A DNA stretch of 55,906 bases from a bacterium (lineage in GTDB: Bacteria > Bdellovibrionota_C > UBA2361 > OMII01). The position numbers and the translations under genes are program-made. A model generated the notes under the pieces. The model saw only the letters and a list, made by a program, of their open reading frames with translations, was not told the origin of the DNA and did not search any database. The stretch's first letter is position 1. Each line of letters opens with the position of its first letter. The DNA lies in NCBI GenBank assembly GCA_017853605.1, contig JAFMJG010000001.1:1-55906 (forward strand). Reading direction: 5' to 3'. Below, piece after piece: positions 17,331 through 26,985 of this stretch.

Positions 17331-18732
17331 ATGCGAGACCGTATTCCTTAAGCTTGTAGAGCAGCGCTCTGTGGCTGATCTCAAGGATCTTTGCCGCGTG
17401 GGTGCGGTTGCCCTTGGTTTGCGCCAGCGCGCGCGAAATAAGGTCAACTTCAAGCGCACGCGTTCGGGTCTTGATCGAGAGGCTGCTTGAGTCGAGCTCT
17501 GCCGATGCTGCTGCGGGGCTAGAGCCCAGCCGTCCAGCACGGTGCGACGTGACGCGCTCGGGCAGCGCGCTGAGCTCAAGCTCCTCGCCAATCGAGAGAA
17601 CCAGCGCCCGCTCAAGCGAGTTTTCGAGCTCACGGGCGTTGCCGGGCCACGGGTACTCGAGGAGCGCCTGCATTACTGGCTGTGGAACGCTCTTGGCCTG
17701 CAGCCCAAGACGCTTGGCGTGCTTCTCAAGGAAGTGGTGGACGAGCACCGGAATGTCCTCGGTGCGCTCGCGCAGCGGCAGGAGGTGGATGCCAACAACG
17801 TTGAGCCGGTAGTAGAGGTCCTCGCGGAACAGCCCCTTGCGCGCATCCTCCTCAAGGTTTCGCAGGGTGGCAGATATGATGCGAACATCGACGGGGACGA
17901 GCTCCTCATCCCCGACATGTCGGATGGCGTGCTCCTGCAGGGCACGCAGCAGCTTGACCTGCAGGTGGAGCGGAAGCTCGCCAACCTCGTCGAGGAAGAG
18001 GGTCCCGCCATCGGCCTCCTCGAAGAGGCCGCGCTTGTCGCGGCTCGCGTCGGTGAAAGCCCCTTTCTTGTGGCCGAAGAGCTCAGACTCCATCAGATTC
18101 TCGGGTATGGCGCCACAGTTGATCGCCACAAATGGCTTGCCCCGGCGCGCTGAGTTCTCGTGGATGGCGCGCGCTATCAGCTCCTTTCCCGTCCCCGACT
18201 CCCCAGTTATGAGCACCGTTGTCGTAAATGGCGAGAGGCGCCGCACCATGTCGAAGACGCCCCGGAAGCTCTCGCTCTGGGCGATGATGTTGTTGAACGA
18301 GTAGCGCTCAGAGAGCGACGCCTTAAGCGAGAGGTTCTCGCGCCGCAGCCCCTCAAACTCGCGGAACTTGGTGAGGGTAAAGAGCAGCTTGTCAGGAGAT
18401 ATCGGCTTCGAGATGTAGTCGAAGACGCCGCGCTTAAATGCCTCCATGGCGAGGTCAGCGGCCCCGTAGGCGGTCATGAGGATCAACGGAACCTGGCCGC
18501 CGCTGCGGTCCAGAAGCTCTAGGCCCGAGATGCCCGGCAGCCGAAAGTCGCACAGCACGATGTCAAAGGCGGTCTTGCCGAGAAGCGAGAGCGCCTCTTC
18601 TCCGGTCTCTGCGCTCGTGATGTTGTACCCCGCTGTCTCGAGCACGATGCCGAGCGAGGTGCGCACGCCGGCGTCATCATCGACGATCAGGACGCTCCAG
18701 GGGTGGCTCGATGCTGCGCTGCTCATCACCAC
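17329..18732 (-). CDS. Sigma-54-dependent Fis-family response regulator (NtrC/PilR-like enhancer-binding protein)
   Basis: REC domain 'VLIVDDDAGVR...DIVLCDFRLPG'. AAA+ 'GESGTGKE', 'GAFTDA' (GAFTGA loop), 'ESELFGH'. C-terminal Fis HTH 'GNRTHAAKILEISHRALLYKLKEYGL'. The likely real start is the ATG at 18726, which forms TGATG with the pilD stop. Confidence 0.9.
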   Translation of the reverse strand: MVMSSAASSHPWSVLIVDDDAGVRTSLGIVLETAGYNITSAETGEEALSLLGKTAFDIVLCDFRLPGISGLELLDRSGGQVPLILMTAYGAADLAMEAFKRGVFDYISKPISPDKLLFTLTKFREFEGLRRENLSLKASLSERYSFNNIIAQSESFRGVFDMVRRLSPFTTTVLITGESGTGKELIARAIHENSARRGKPFVAINCGAIPENLMESELFGHKKGAFTDASRDKRGLFEEADGGTLFLDEVGELPLHLQVKLLRALQEHAIRHVGDEELVPVDVRIISATLRNLEEDARKGLFREDLYYRLNVVGIHLLPLRERTEDIPVLVHHFLEKHAKRLGLQAKSVPQPVMQALLEYPWPGNARELENSLERALVLSIGEELELSALPERVTSHRAGRLGSSPAAASAELDSSSLSIKTRTRALEVDLISRALAQTKGNRTHAAKILEISHRALLYKLKEYGLA

Positions 18733-19631
18733 GGCTCCCGCAACATTTTCCAGGGGGAGGCTGTGTCGAGGCTAAAGAGCAGGTGCGGCAGGAGCACGTC
18801 AAGCTTGAGCAGGTAGGTGATCGCAGCGGCCACCAGGTATGGCCCGAAGGGTATGTATGCAGAGAGCGACTGGCGGCGCGAGAGTATTGCGGCGAGCCCG
18901 AAGAGCGAGCCGAGGATCGATCCGAGCAGGATGGTGAACCATGCAGCCTCTGCCCCAAACATGGCGCCCACGAGCGCCAGCAGCTTGATGTCGCCGAGGC
19001 CGAGCCCCTCGCGGCGCCGCACGAGCCAGTAGAGCGCCCACACGGCTAGCAGCACGCCCGGGCCTAGCAGGAGCCCCATACCGGCTTGCGCCAGGTCGGG
19101 CACGAACGGGTAGGGGAGCAGCGGCCGGCTCGTTTGGGAGAACGTGCGCTGGTTGGCAGCAGCGATGATCAGGCCCAGCGCCGTGCCTGGGTAGGTTATT
19201 TTGTCTGGAATGATCATGTAATCGATGTCGATGAAGGCGACCACGACCAGCGCGCACAGCACCGCAAATACCGCATAGCCTGTGGCAGTAAGCCCAAAGC
19301 AGAGGTACGACGCGACGCACAGCGCGCCGGTGAGCCACTCAAGGAGCGGATAGCGAAGGGGTATTCTTGTGGTGCAGAAGGAGCACCGTCCGCGCAGCAG
19401 AAAAAAAGAGACGACCGGAATGTTGTGCCACCACAAGAGCTGCCGCTCGCAGCGCGGGCAGAACGACCTTGCCGGGCGCCACACCGTTACCTCGCGAGCC
19501 AGCTCGCGGATCCCGGGGTGAACCGGCTCGTAGCGCCCCATAGGGATGCGGTAGATGCAGACGCCGAGAAAGCTGCCGACGATAGCGCCAAAAATAAAAC
19601 AGAGTAACGTTATTGCCGCTATAGAGAGCAT
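18726..19631 (-). CDS. pilD: Prepilin peptidase / N-methyltransferase (A24 family), PilD-like
   Basis: N-terminal Cys motif 'CPRCERQLLWWHNIPVVSFFLLRGRCSFC'. Active-site region 'GLGDIKLLALVGAMFG'. Polytopic, 301 aa. Confidence 0.85.
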   Translation of the reverse strand: MLSIAAITLLCFIFGAIVGSFLGVCIYRIPMGRYEPVHPGIRELAREVTVWRPARSFCPRCERQLLWWHNIPVVSFFLLRGRCSFCTTRIPLRYPLLEWLTGALCVASYLCFGLTATGYAVFAVLCALVVVAFIDIDYMIIPDKITYPGTALGLIIAAANQRTFSQTSRPLLPYPFVPDLAQAGMGLLLGPGVLLAVWALYWLVRRREGLGLGDIKLLALVGAMFGAEAAWFTILLGSILGSLFGLAAILSRRQSLSAYIPFGPYLVAAAITYLLKLDVLLPHLLFSLDTASPWKMLREPW

Positions 19632-19773
19632 ACCTATCCAGCGATCTTTGATTCCGCAAAGAGGTAAGAGGGTCTAACTTTTTTGCGTAGTGTACCTCGC
19701 TGGCGCGAGAGCGAAACTTGAAAAGGGTTACTTTAAAAAATATCGCCCCCTAAACGGACGCGACAGGGCGAGA

Positions 19774-22476
19774 CTACTCGCCTGCAGGGCTCTCGTCGTT
19801 GGCCTTCTTCTTTTTCGCGGGAGCCCTCTTCTTGGGAGCGGCTGAATCCTTCGCCGCGGGCTTAGCCTTCTTCGGCGCTGATCGGCGCCTACCCTTGCTC
19901 GGGCCCTTTGCGGCTCGGGCTTCGAGGAGCGCAACCGCCTCCGCTATCGTGAGCGCCTCGGGATCAGCGCCCTGCGGGAGGGATGCATTGGTAGTACCGT
20001 CTGTGACGTAGGGCCCGTAGCGCCCGCTCTTGATGTTGAGCGTCTCTCCCGAGGTGGGGTGCTTGCCGAGCTCCTTGAGGGTCTTTGGCTGGTTCGAGGC
20101 GCGGCCGCGCGCGCGAGGCTGCTTGAGCAGCTCAAGGGCTCGCTCAACGGTCACGGTGAAGGGCGACTCATCAGCAGGAAGCGAGCGGCTCTCGGGGCCG
20201 CACTTAATGTAGGGCCCAAAGCGCCCGCTCAACACGGTGATATCCTCGCTGTTCTCGGGGTTCTTGCCGATCACCTTTGGGAGCGAAAGGAGCATGAGCG
20301 CAGTCTCAAGGTTTACCGAGTCAGGCGCCATGCCGGGCAGGAGCGAGGCCATCTTTGGCTTGTCGCCCCCCTCAACCATGTCGCCGCGCTGCACGTAGGG
20401 CCCAAAGCGCCCCTTCTTAAGGTAGACCGGCAGGCTTGTCTCGGGACAGGAACCGAGCGCTGAGGGGCCCTTGGCCGCCTCCGCCAGGATCTCTTCGGCA
20501 CGCGCCGCTGATAGCTCATCGAAGGCAACTGCGTCGGGAATCGATGCCCGGTGCTCGCCATTAGAAAGGAATGGGCCGTAACGGCCGATTCGCACCTCAA
20601 CCGGCCGGCCTGTCGAGTCCTGGCCAAGCGCAATCCCGCACACCTCGCGGGGATCGATCTTCTGCTCGCCATTGAGCACGAGGTCCTTAAGCCCCTGCCT
20701 CGATGCGCCGTCAACCGAGCCCTCGCCGAAGTAGAATGAGCTCAGCTTTTTAAGGTTGTCCTTTTCGCCCCGGGATATTGCGTCGAGGTCGTCCTCAAGG
20801 TTCGCCGTGAACTCGTAGTCCACGAGGTTTGAGAAGTATCCCTCAAGGAGCCCAGTGACGCCGATTGCGAGGAAGGTCGGCACGAGGGCTGAGCCTTTCT
20901 TGAACGCGTAGTCGCGCGACAGCACGACGTCCACGATCGTTGCCCAGGTGCTCGGGCGCCCGATGCCGAGCTTCTCGAGCTCCTTGATGAGGCTTCCCTC
21001 TGTGTAGCGTGCGGGGGGCTGCGTTGAGTGCTTGAGCACGTCGTAGCCAGCAGCCACGACGGGGTCCCCCTGCTTGAGCGGGGGGAGGTTGCGCTCCTGC
21101 TCAGCGAGGTCGGCCTCGGGATCATCTGATCCCTCCACGTACGCGCGCAGGAATCCTGGGAATGAGATCGTCTTGCCTGAGGCCCTAAAGAGGGCGTCGC
21201 CAACGAGGATCGACACAGAAACGCGAGTGCCCTCTGCGTCGCGCATCTGGCAGGCGAGCGTGCGCTTCCAGATCAGCTCGTAGAGCTTCACTGCCTCGAG
21301 GCCGAGACGTGCCTTGACTGTGTCGGGGTGAGTGAACTCTGTGCCCGCTGGGCGGATCGCTTCGTGCGCCTCCTGGGCGTTCTTGACCTTGGTCTTGTAG
21401 ATGCGCGGCGAGGGGCTCAGGTAGTCGTTCCCGAACTCGCGGGCGATGAGCGAGCGCGATGCAGAGAGCGCCTCCTCTGAGAGCGTTGTCGAGTCGGTAC
21501 GCATGTACGTGATAAAGCCGTTTTCGTACAGCTGCTGGGCGACCGCCATGGTGCGCTTGGCGCCGAAGCCGAGCTTCCTGTTCGCTTCCTGCTGGAGGGT
21601 GCTGGTGGTAAAGGGGGCGTACGGCTTCTGCGTGAAGGGCTTGCTCTCTATCTCGCTCACCTTCGGGTCGGCCGTCTTGAGCTTGCGCTCAAGCGACTCA
21701 GCTGCAGCCTGATCGAGCAGCACTACGTCGTCCTTCTTGAGGAGCTTTCCGGTGTTGGGATCAAAGTCGCGGCCGGTGGCAACGCGCTTCGGGCCGAGGT
21801 GCGTCAGCTCTGCCTCAAAAGGAAGGGTAGGGTCTGACGCGGCCTGGAAGGTAGCTTTAAGATCCCAGTAGTCCGCGGAGCGAAACTGGGCCCGCTCGCG
21901 CTCGCGCTGCACAAGGAGGCGCAGCGCAACGCTCTGCACGCGGCCAGCGCTTAGGCGCGGCACCATCTTCTTCCACAGCAGCGGGCTCACCGAGTATCCG
22001 TAGAGGCGGTCGATGATGCGGCGGGTCTCCTGAGCCTTTACGAGGTTCTCGTCTATTGATCGCGCGTGGGAGAGGCTCTCCTCAATCGCCTTTTTTGTGA
22101 TCTCATGGAAGACCAGGCGCTTCACCGGCACCTTGGGGTCTAGCACCTCAAGCAGGTGCCAGCTGATAGACTCCCCCTCACGGTCTTCGTCGGTTGCCAG
22201 GAACACCTCTGAGGCATTCTTGACGGCGCGCTTTAGCTCGTTGACCCGCTTCTCTTTGTCGGAGGGGACGATATAGAGGGGAGTAAAGTTGTCATCGACG
22301 TTGACCCCCAGCCGCGACCACTTCTGCTTCTTGATGGCTGCCGGGATCTCGGCGGCGCTGTTTGGAAGGTCCCTAACGTGCCCATAGGAAGCTAACACCT
22401 CGAAATCCTTGGGCAAGAACTTCTCAATGGTCTTCGCCTTGGTGGGCGACTCAACTATGACTAGGCGCTTGGACAT
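19774..22476 (-). CDS. topA: DNA topoisomerase I (type IA), zinc-less C-terminal repeat type with Lys-rich tail
   Basis: Toprim start 'MSKRLVIVESPTKAKTIEKFL'. Active-site region 'GFITYMRTDST'. Four C-terminal 'GR(Y/F)GP(Y/F)' repeats. Tail 'SAPKKAKPAAKDSAAPKKRAPAKKKKA'. Confidence 0.95.
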   Translation of the reverse strand: MSKRLVIVESPTKAKTIEKFLPKDFEVLASYGHVRDLPNSAAEIPAAIKKQKWSRLGVNVDDNFTPLYIVPSDKEKRVNELKRAVKNASEVFLATDEDREGESISWHLLEVLDPKVPVKRLVFHEITKKAIEESLSHARSIDENLVKAQETRRIIDRLYGYSVSPLLWKKMVPRLSAGRVQSVALRLLVQRERERAQFRSADYWDLKATFQAASDPTLPFEAELTHLGPKRVATGRDFDPNTGKLLKKDDVVLLDQAAAESLERKLKTADPKVSEIESKPFTQKPYAPFTTSTLQQEANRKLGFGAKRTMAVAQQLYENGFITYMRTDSTTLSEEALSASRSLIAREFGNDYLSPSPRIYKTKVKNAQEAHEAIRPAGTEFTHPDTVKARLGLEAVKLYELIWKRTLACQMRDAEGTRVSVSILVGDALFRASGKTISFPGFLRAYVEGSDDPEADLAEQERNLPPLKQGDPVVAAGYDVLKHSTQPPARYTEGSLIKELEKLGIGRPSTWATIVDVVLSRDYAFKKGSALVPTFLAIGVTGLLEGYFSNLVDYEFTANLEDDLDAISRGEKDNLKKLSSFYFGEGSVDGASRQGLKDLVLNGEQKIDPREVCGIALGQDSTGRPVEVRIGRYGPFLSNGEHRASIPDAVAFDELSAARAEEILAEAAKGPSALGSCPETSLPVYLKKGRFGPYVQRGDMVEGGDKPKMASLLPGMAPDSVNLETALMLLSLPKVIGKNPENSEDITVLSGRFGPYIKCGPESRSLPADESPFTVTVERALELLKQPRARGRASNQPKTLKELGKHPTSGETLNIKSGRYGPYVTDGTTNASLPQGADPEALTIAEAVALLEARAAKGPSKGRRRSAPKKAKPAAKDSAAPKKRAPAKKKKANDESPAGE

Positions 22477-22706
22477 GACTGAAGGTGCATTGTTACAAGG
22501 GTTTTGGGTTCAAGCGCAACCCTAGGGGGGAGCAAAAGCACCCCTCCAGGGCCAAACGTCGTCTCGACGAAACGAGCTAACCCCTTAAAGGTGATAAAGG
22601 ATGCAGTTCGGCTCACAACAGGAGCGGCGCTCTCGTAAGGGAGCCTAACCGTTCGGGTCTGCTGCTCGGCATTGAGCTGATCACCCCGTGCAGGGACCGT
22701 GGAGCT

Positions 22707-23756
22707 GTGACACCCTCCGGTGGCTGCGGTTGGTTTCGAGAGATGAAGCAACGCCTCCTCTTAATAGCTTTCGGAAGCGCCCTTGGGGTGGCGCTCTTTG
22801 TGGCGCTCGACCTGCTGGCCGGCATCGCCATCGGCAACCCGCGCGATGTGGTGCGCGAGGGGAGCGTGGCTGACAAGGGGTTCATCATCGACGATGAGCG
22901 GCTCGGCTACCGGCCCAAGCCCGGCGTGGTCGTTACAGCGCGCGAGCGGACGCAGGGTGGAGAGGTGCTCTACGACGTGAGCTACTCGATCGACCAGTTT
23001 TCGCGGCGGGTCACGCCGCAGGCATCCTCGCACAGCAGCGGCCGCTTCGCGCTCTTCTTCGGCTGCTCCTTTTCCTTCGGTGAGGGGCTGCCGGACAGCG
23101 ACACCCTGCCCGCAGCGTTTGCGCGCATCGCCCCCGAGTACGCCGTGTACAACTATGCGTTCGGGGGCTACGGACCCCAACAGCTGTACATGAAGCTCGG
23201 AGACCCCTCGCTTAGGAGCGAGATCCCTGAGAAGCACGGGGCGCTGGTTTACACCTTCATCGATGCCCACGTCGACCGGCTGATCGGCAGCTCGTACGTG
23301 CACAACGGTTGGTGCCAGCGCTGCCCATACCTCGCCCTCTCGGGCAGCGGCGAGATCGAGCACCGCGGCACATTCACCTCCGGCCGCCCGATCCGCGCGG
23401 CCCTGTACTGGCTGCTTGCCCAGAGCTTTACCGCGAAGCTCTTCAACGTGAGCTTCCCACGCTCAGTGACAAGCGGCGACGTGGCGCTCACGGCGAAGGT
23501 GATCGGCGAGTCGCGCAAGCGCTTTGAGGGGCTCTTCCCGGGCAGCGAGTTCTACGTGCTCATATACCCAGGATCAGCTCGCGGCCTAGAGCTCGCTGGG
23601 CTCCTGGCAGCGATGGGGATAAAGACCATAGACCTGGCGCGCGAGGGGGGATTCCAGGAGCTGCCGCTCGTTATTAGCCCAAAGGATCCCCACCCATCAG
23701 GAGAGGCGAATGAGAGGCTCGCTGTTGAGGTTGCCGAAGCACTTCGGGCGCCGTAA
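22707..23756 (+). CDS. SGNH-like hydrolase paralogue with variant block I (GCS) and N-terminal membrane anchor
   Basis: 'FALFFGCSFSFGEGLPDSDTLP' aligns with 'VAVVGDSFTFGPQLQLSDTFP' of ORF 13227..14438. The C-terminal 'SPKDPHPSGEANERLA' resembles the block V DxxH. The alternative start at 22743 ('MKQRLLLIAF...') gives a clean TM anchor. Confidence 0.5.
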   Translation: MTPSGGCGWFREMKQRLLLIAFGSALGVALFVALDLLAGIAIGNPRDVVREGSVADKGFIIDDERLGYRPKPGVVVTARERTQGGEVLYDVSYSIDQFSRRVTPQASSHSSGRFALFFGCSFSFGEGLPDSDTLPAAFARIAPEYAVYNYAFGGYGPQQLYMKLGDPSLRSEIPEKHGALVYTFIDAHVDRLIGSSYVHNGWCQRCPYLALSGSGEIEHRGTFTSGRPIRAALYWLLAQSFTAKLFNVSFPRSVTSGDVALTAKVIGESRKRFEGLFPGSEFYVLIYPGSARGLELAGLLAAMGIKTIDLAREGGFQELPLVISPKDPHPSGEANERLAVEVAEALRAP

Positions 23757-23946
23757 GTCGCTGTGACCGCTGCCAGGGCTGTCGATAAGCCCCCGAAAAC
23801 GCGCGATGCCGCGAAGTTAGCGCCCTACCGTAAAGAGCCTGCTCGGTTGTGACGAGCAATGTCTCCGGAGGAAAGACATCCCCCGCACTATTGCTGCGGG
23901 AGTTTGTGCCCAGCGCCACGGGGATATCGCTAGGAGGAATCTCGCC

Positions 23947-24744
23947 ATGAAAAGAATCGTATCTGCACTCGCAACTCTCACGCTTGTAGTTTCCGTGGCA
24001 CCGCTCGCGCGCGCAAGCAGTGGGGAGGAAGCCCTTCAGTACATGTACATTCCAGAGACAGGGAGTGGCGCGAAGGGGCAGCAGCCCCGGGATCTCACTG
24101 CAGAGGAGTTAGACTGGGCGATGGCGATGGAGATGCCAGCGGCGCAAGAACCCCAGGGGCAGTCAAGTGAGGGGAGTAAAACCTCTGTCGAGGATAAAAA
24201 ACCGGAAATTCCCGCTGTGCCCCCCAAAGTTCAGGGGATCTTCTACGGCATGAATCCCGCAGGTGCAGTGAAAGTTCCGCCACCCTGGTACGGGCCCAAG
24301 GACAGGATTCAGCCGAACGCGCCGATCCTTGCGCCGACCGGTTTTGACATGCCGGCCGCGGGAGATGAGGAGGCGATTGCGAAGTGCGAGAGAACATTCT
24401 CGAAGATCTGGGCCGTCTGGGCGCGAGAGATGGGGGTGGGCAAAATTGGCGAGATCCCCAAGGGTATCAGCGACAAGCTCATCGGAGAGGTGGAGGATTT
24501 TATCGCCGTCATGGGGCGCATCTGTGGACGGGCTGCACGCCTCCCGTATGAGCAGGGAGACAGTTCAAAGCTGCCCGGCAATCCGAACAGCACCTGCCGC
24601 ACCCCAGAGTTTGAGAAGCTTATCGACCAGATACTTGAGCGGGGCGAGCACGGTGCCGCAATAGAGCTGACTGCCAACGAGCGCGAGCTCCTCAGGATGT
24701 GTGCCGGCTACAGCTCGCTAAACCCGAAGCCGCTAAACGGCTAG
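23947..24744 (+). CDS. Secreted hypothetical protein
   Basis: Signal peptide 'MKRIVSALATLTLVVSVAPLARASS'. GGAGGA lies 8 nt upstream of the ATG. No catalytic motif recognised. Confidence 0.55.
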   Translation: MKRIVSALATLTLVVSVAPLARASSGEEALQYMYIPETGSGAKGQQPRDLTAEELDWAMAMEMPAAQEPQGQSSEGSKTSVEDKKPEIPAVPPKVQGIFYGMNPAGAVKVPPPWYGPKDRIQPNAPILAPTGFDMPAAGDEEAIAKCERTFSKIWAVWAREMGVGKIGEIPKGISDKLIGEVEDFIAVMGRICGRAARLPYEQGDSSKLPGNPNSTCRTPEFEKLIDQILERGEHGAAIELTANERELLRMCAGYSSLNPKPLNG

Positions 24745-24768
24745 GGGGGCACCTGGGCACGGCCCTGG

Positions 24769-26985
24769 CTAGAAGCGCTTAAGGGCCTCAATAACGATCC
24801 CCGGTGAGAGAACGTTAGGAAGGATCTCCGGCTCCCTGTCGCGCGCCACGATGACGTTGAGGGGCACCCCATTTCGCCCGAAGTGCTGCAGCCCCTCTGT
24901 GATGGCAGGATTCGTTGATGTCCAGTCGGCCTTCACGAGCGCGACGTTTTTTGCTCGCAGCAGCTGGCGAACCTCATCAGAGCCGAAGACTCGCGCCTCA
25001 TTGACCTGGCAGGTGATGCACCACTCGGCCGTGAAGTCGATGTAGACGGTGCGCCCACCCGCAACGAGCTCCGCTACCCGGGCCGCAGAGTACGGCTCCC
25101 AGAGGAGCCCGTGCTCGTCCGGTGCGGGCGCTGCCGAGCCATCGGTCGAGCATGCCCTGTTTCGGCTGGCGTCGATCTCGGCGCGGTTCGGCAGGGCGGT
25201 CAGCGCGCTCCAGGCGAGGCAGAACGCCGCCAGCAGGTGCAGCCCGATGCGCGACTCCCGGCGGGCCGCCCCCTGCGCCTTCGCTGCCGCCCAGAATGCG
25301 AACGCCGCGATTAGCAAGCCCCACAGCACGTCCATGAGTGGATTGAGCCCTGATGGGTCCATCCCCATTTGGCGGGCGAAGACCCTCACGAGCCACACCG
25401 CGCTCGCAAAGAGCGGAAAGGCCATGAGCTCCTTAAAAGCTGCCATCCATGCGCCGGGCCGAGGGAGGAGGCGCAGGAGCCTGGGCTGAAACGAGAGAAG
25501 CAAGTACGGCGCGCTCATGCCGAGGCCGAGGCTTGAAAAGATGAGGAGGCTCAGCAGCGCGGGGAGCGTCAGCGTTGCCGCGATCGCCGAGCCCATGAAG
25601 GGCCCGGTGCACGGGGTGGCAACTGCAGTGGCGAGAACTCCGTTGAGGAACGATCCGCGCAGGTTTGCCCCTACCTTGGCGCTGCCGGCGGCGCCCTGGA
25701 TCCGCTGGCCAAGCGAGAGGTCCCCCAGAAAGAGGAGCCCAAGGATGAAAAAGGTGATGGCCATCAGCACAACGAAGGTCGGGGACTGCAGCTGGAAGCC
25801 CCACCCGAGCTGCTGGCCCCCAGCGCGCAGCGCCAGGAGCAGCCCCGCGAGCGCCCAGAACGAGACGAGCACTCCGGCGCAGAACGCGATTCCGTGCAGG
25901 CGCACGGTGCGGGGCTCCTCTTTGGAGTGCTCAACGAAGCTTAGGATCTTTATTGAGAGCACCGGGAAGACACACGGCATGAGGTTCAGGAGCGCCCCCC
26001 CGAGAAAGGCGAGCAGGAGCGCGTACACAAAGCCTGGCTGCCCCTCCGCAGGCGCGCTCGTTGTCGAGTTTGGGTGCGCAGGAGGGAGGCCAGCATCGCC
26101 AGAGGCCTGGTCATCTGCCCTAGTGTCGATCGACACAGCTTTTGGCACGCCACGCTCAGACCACCCCTGGGGCGAGTAGAGCACGCCGCGAATGCGGGTG
26201 ATGGGATTTTTTTGGAGCGGGTCGCGCTTGAGGGTAATCGAGAGGATGTTGCCAGATCGCTCTATCTGTTGTGGCGCAGCGTTGGCGATTATGCGCGGGT
26301 CCTCAGGAAAGAAAGTGATCTCCGGCGGCAGGAACCGCTCGCCGATGGGGATGACGGCGACCTTAATGCTCTGCTCCTGCTCCTCGACGGCTATCGAGAC
26401 GCGCGACAGCGGCGCAGGGATGCTCGCAAAGGTGTCGGCAAAGAGCCCTGAGTACTTCGAGGGCTCGCCGGCCTGCTTCGACACCGGAAGGGGGCGCTCT
26501 AAGACCGCTTCGCCGGGCAGGCACTCGTCCTTGCACACGAGCCATTTAACAGAGAGCGTAATCGGCGCTGCGCTGCCGGGCTTGGCAGATGCCGAAAGCG
26601 TTGCGGGAAAGGGGATGAGCACATCCCCGTAGCCGTAGTTCACCAGCGGCCCGAGCGCGATTCGTTCTGGGTAGGGCCACAGCGGCTGCTTGATGTTTAC
26701 CTCCGGCCCTGCCTGCCACTCAAATCGGGGCGGGAGCCCGGAGTCGCCTGGGTTCTTCCAGTAGATGTGCCAGCCCGGCTCGGGCACGAACTTGACGCCG
26801 AGGGTGAACGCTGACCCTGGAGCAACCGAGTCCTGGTCAGCGACGAGCTGCACTGAGATATGAGGGCCGGACCCAGATGAGCGGTCGCCGCAGCCAGAGG
26901 TGGCGAGGAGGGCGCAGATCGATGCGAATAGGGCAGGCAGGGCCTTCAGCACAGGAAGGTATCGGGGGGGGATGTAGTGCGGCAT
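24769..26985 (-). CDS. dsbD: Thiol:disulfide interchange protein DsbD/ScsB-like (N-terminal periplasmic domain + CcdA-type TM core + C-terminal thioredoxin)
   Basis: N-domain 'WLVCKDECLPGE'. TM core Cys motifs 'LNLMPCVFPVLSIK' and 'ATPCTGPFMG'. C-terminal thioredoxin 'FTAEWCITCQ'. Confidence 0.85.
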   Translation of the reverse strand: MPHYIPPRYLPVLKALPALFASICALLATSGCGDRSSGSGPHISVQLVADQDSVAPGSAFTLGVKFVPEPGWHIYWKNPGDSGLPPRFEWQAGPEVNIKQPLWPYPERIALGPLVNYGYGDVLIPFPATLSASAKPGSAAPITLSVKWLVCKDECLPGEAVLERPLPVSKQAGEPSKYSGLFADTFASIPAPLSRVSIAVEEQEQSIKVAVIPIGERFLPPEITFFPEDPRIIANAAPQQIERSGNILSITLKRDPLQKNPITRIRGVLYSPQGWSERGVPKAVSIDTRADDQASGDAGLPPAHPNSTTSAPAEGQPGFVYALLLAFLGGALLNLMPCVFPVLSIKILSFVEHSKEEPRTVRLHGIAFCAGVLVSFWALAGLLLALRAGGQQLGWGFQLQSPTFVVLMAITFFILGLLFLGDLSLGQRIQGAAGSAKVGANLRGSFLNGVLATAVATPCTGPFMGSAIAATLTLPALLSLLIFSSLGLGMSAPYLLLSFQPRLLRLLPRPGAWMAAFKELMAFPLFASAVWLVRVFARQMGMDPSGLNPLMDVLWGLLIAAFAFWAAAKAQGAARRESRIGLHLLAAFCLAWSALTALPNRAEIDASRNRACSTDGSAAPAPDEHGLLWEPYSAARVAELVAGGRTVYIDFTAEWCITCQVNEARVFGSDEVRQLLRAKNVALVKADWTSTNPAITEGLQHFGRNGVPLNVIVARDREPEILPNVLSPGIVIEALKRF

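Noticed and set aside
22495-22530. tRNA-like T-arm look-alike 'GGGTTCAAGCGCAACCC' upstream of topA.
   Set aside because: The loop does not match the TTCRANY consensus. I could not build an acceptor stem, D arm or anticodon arm around it.
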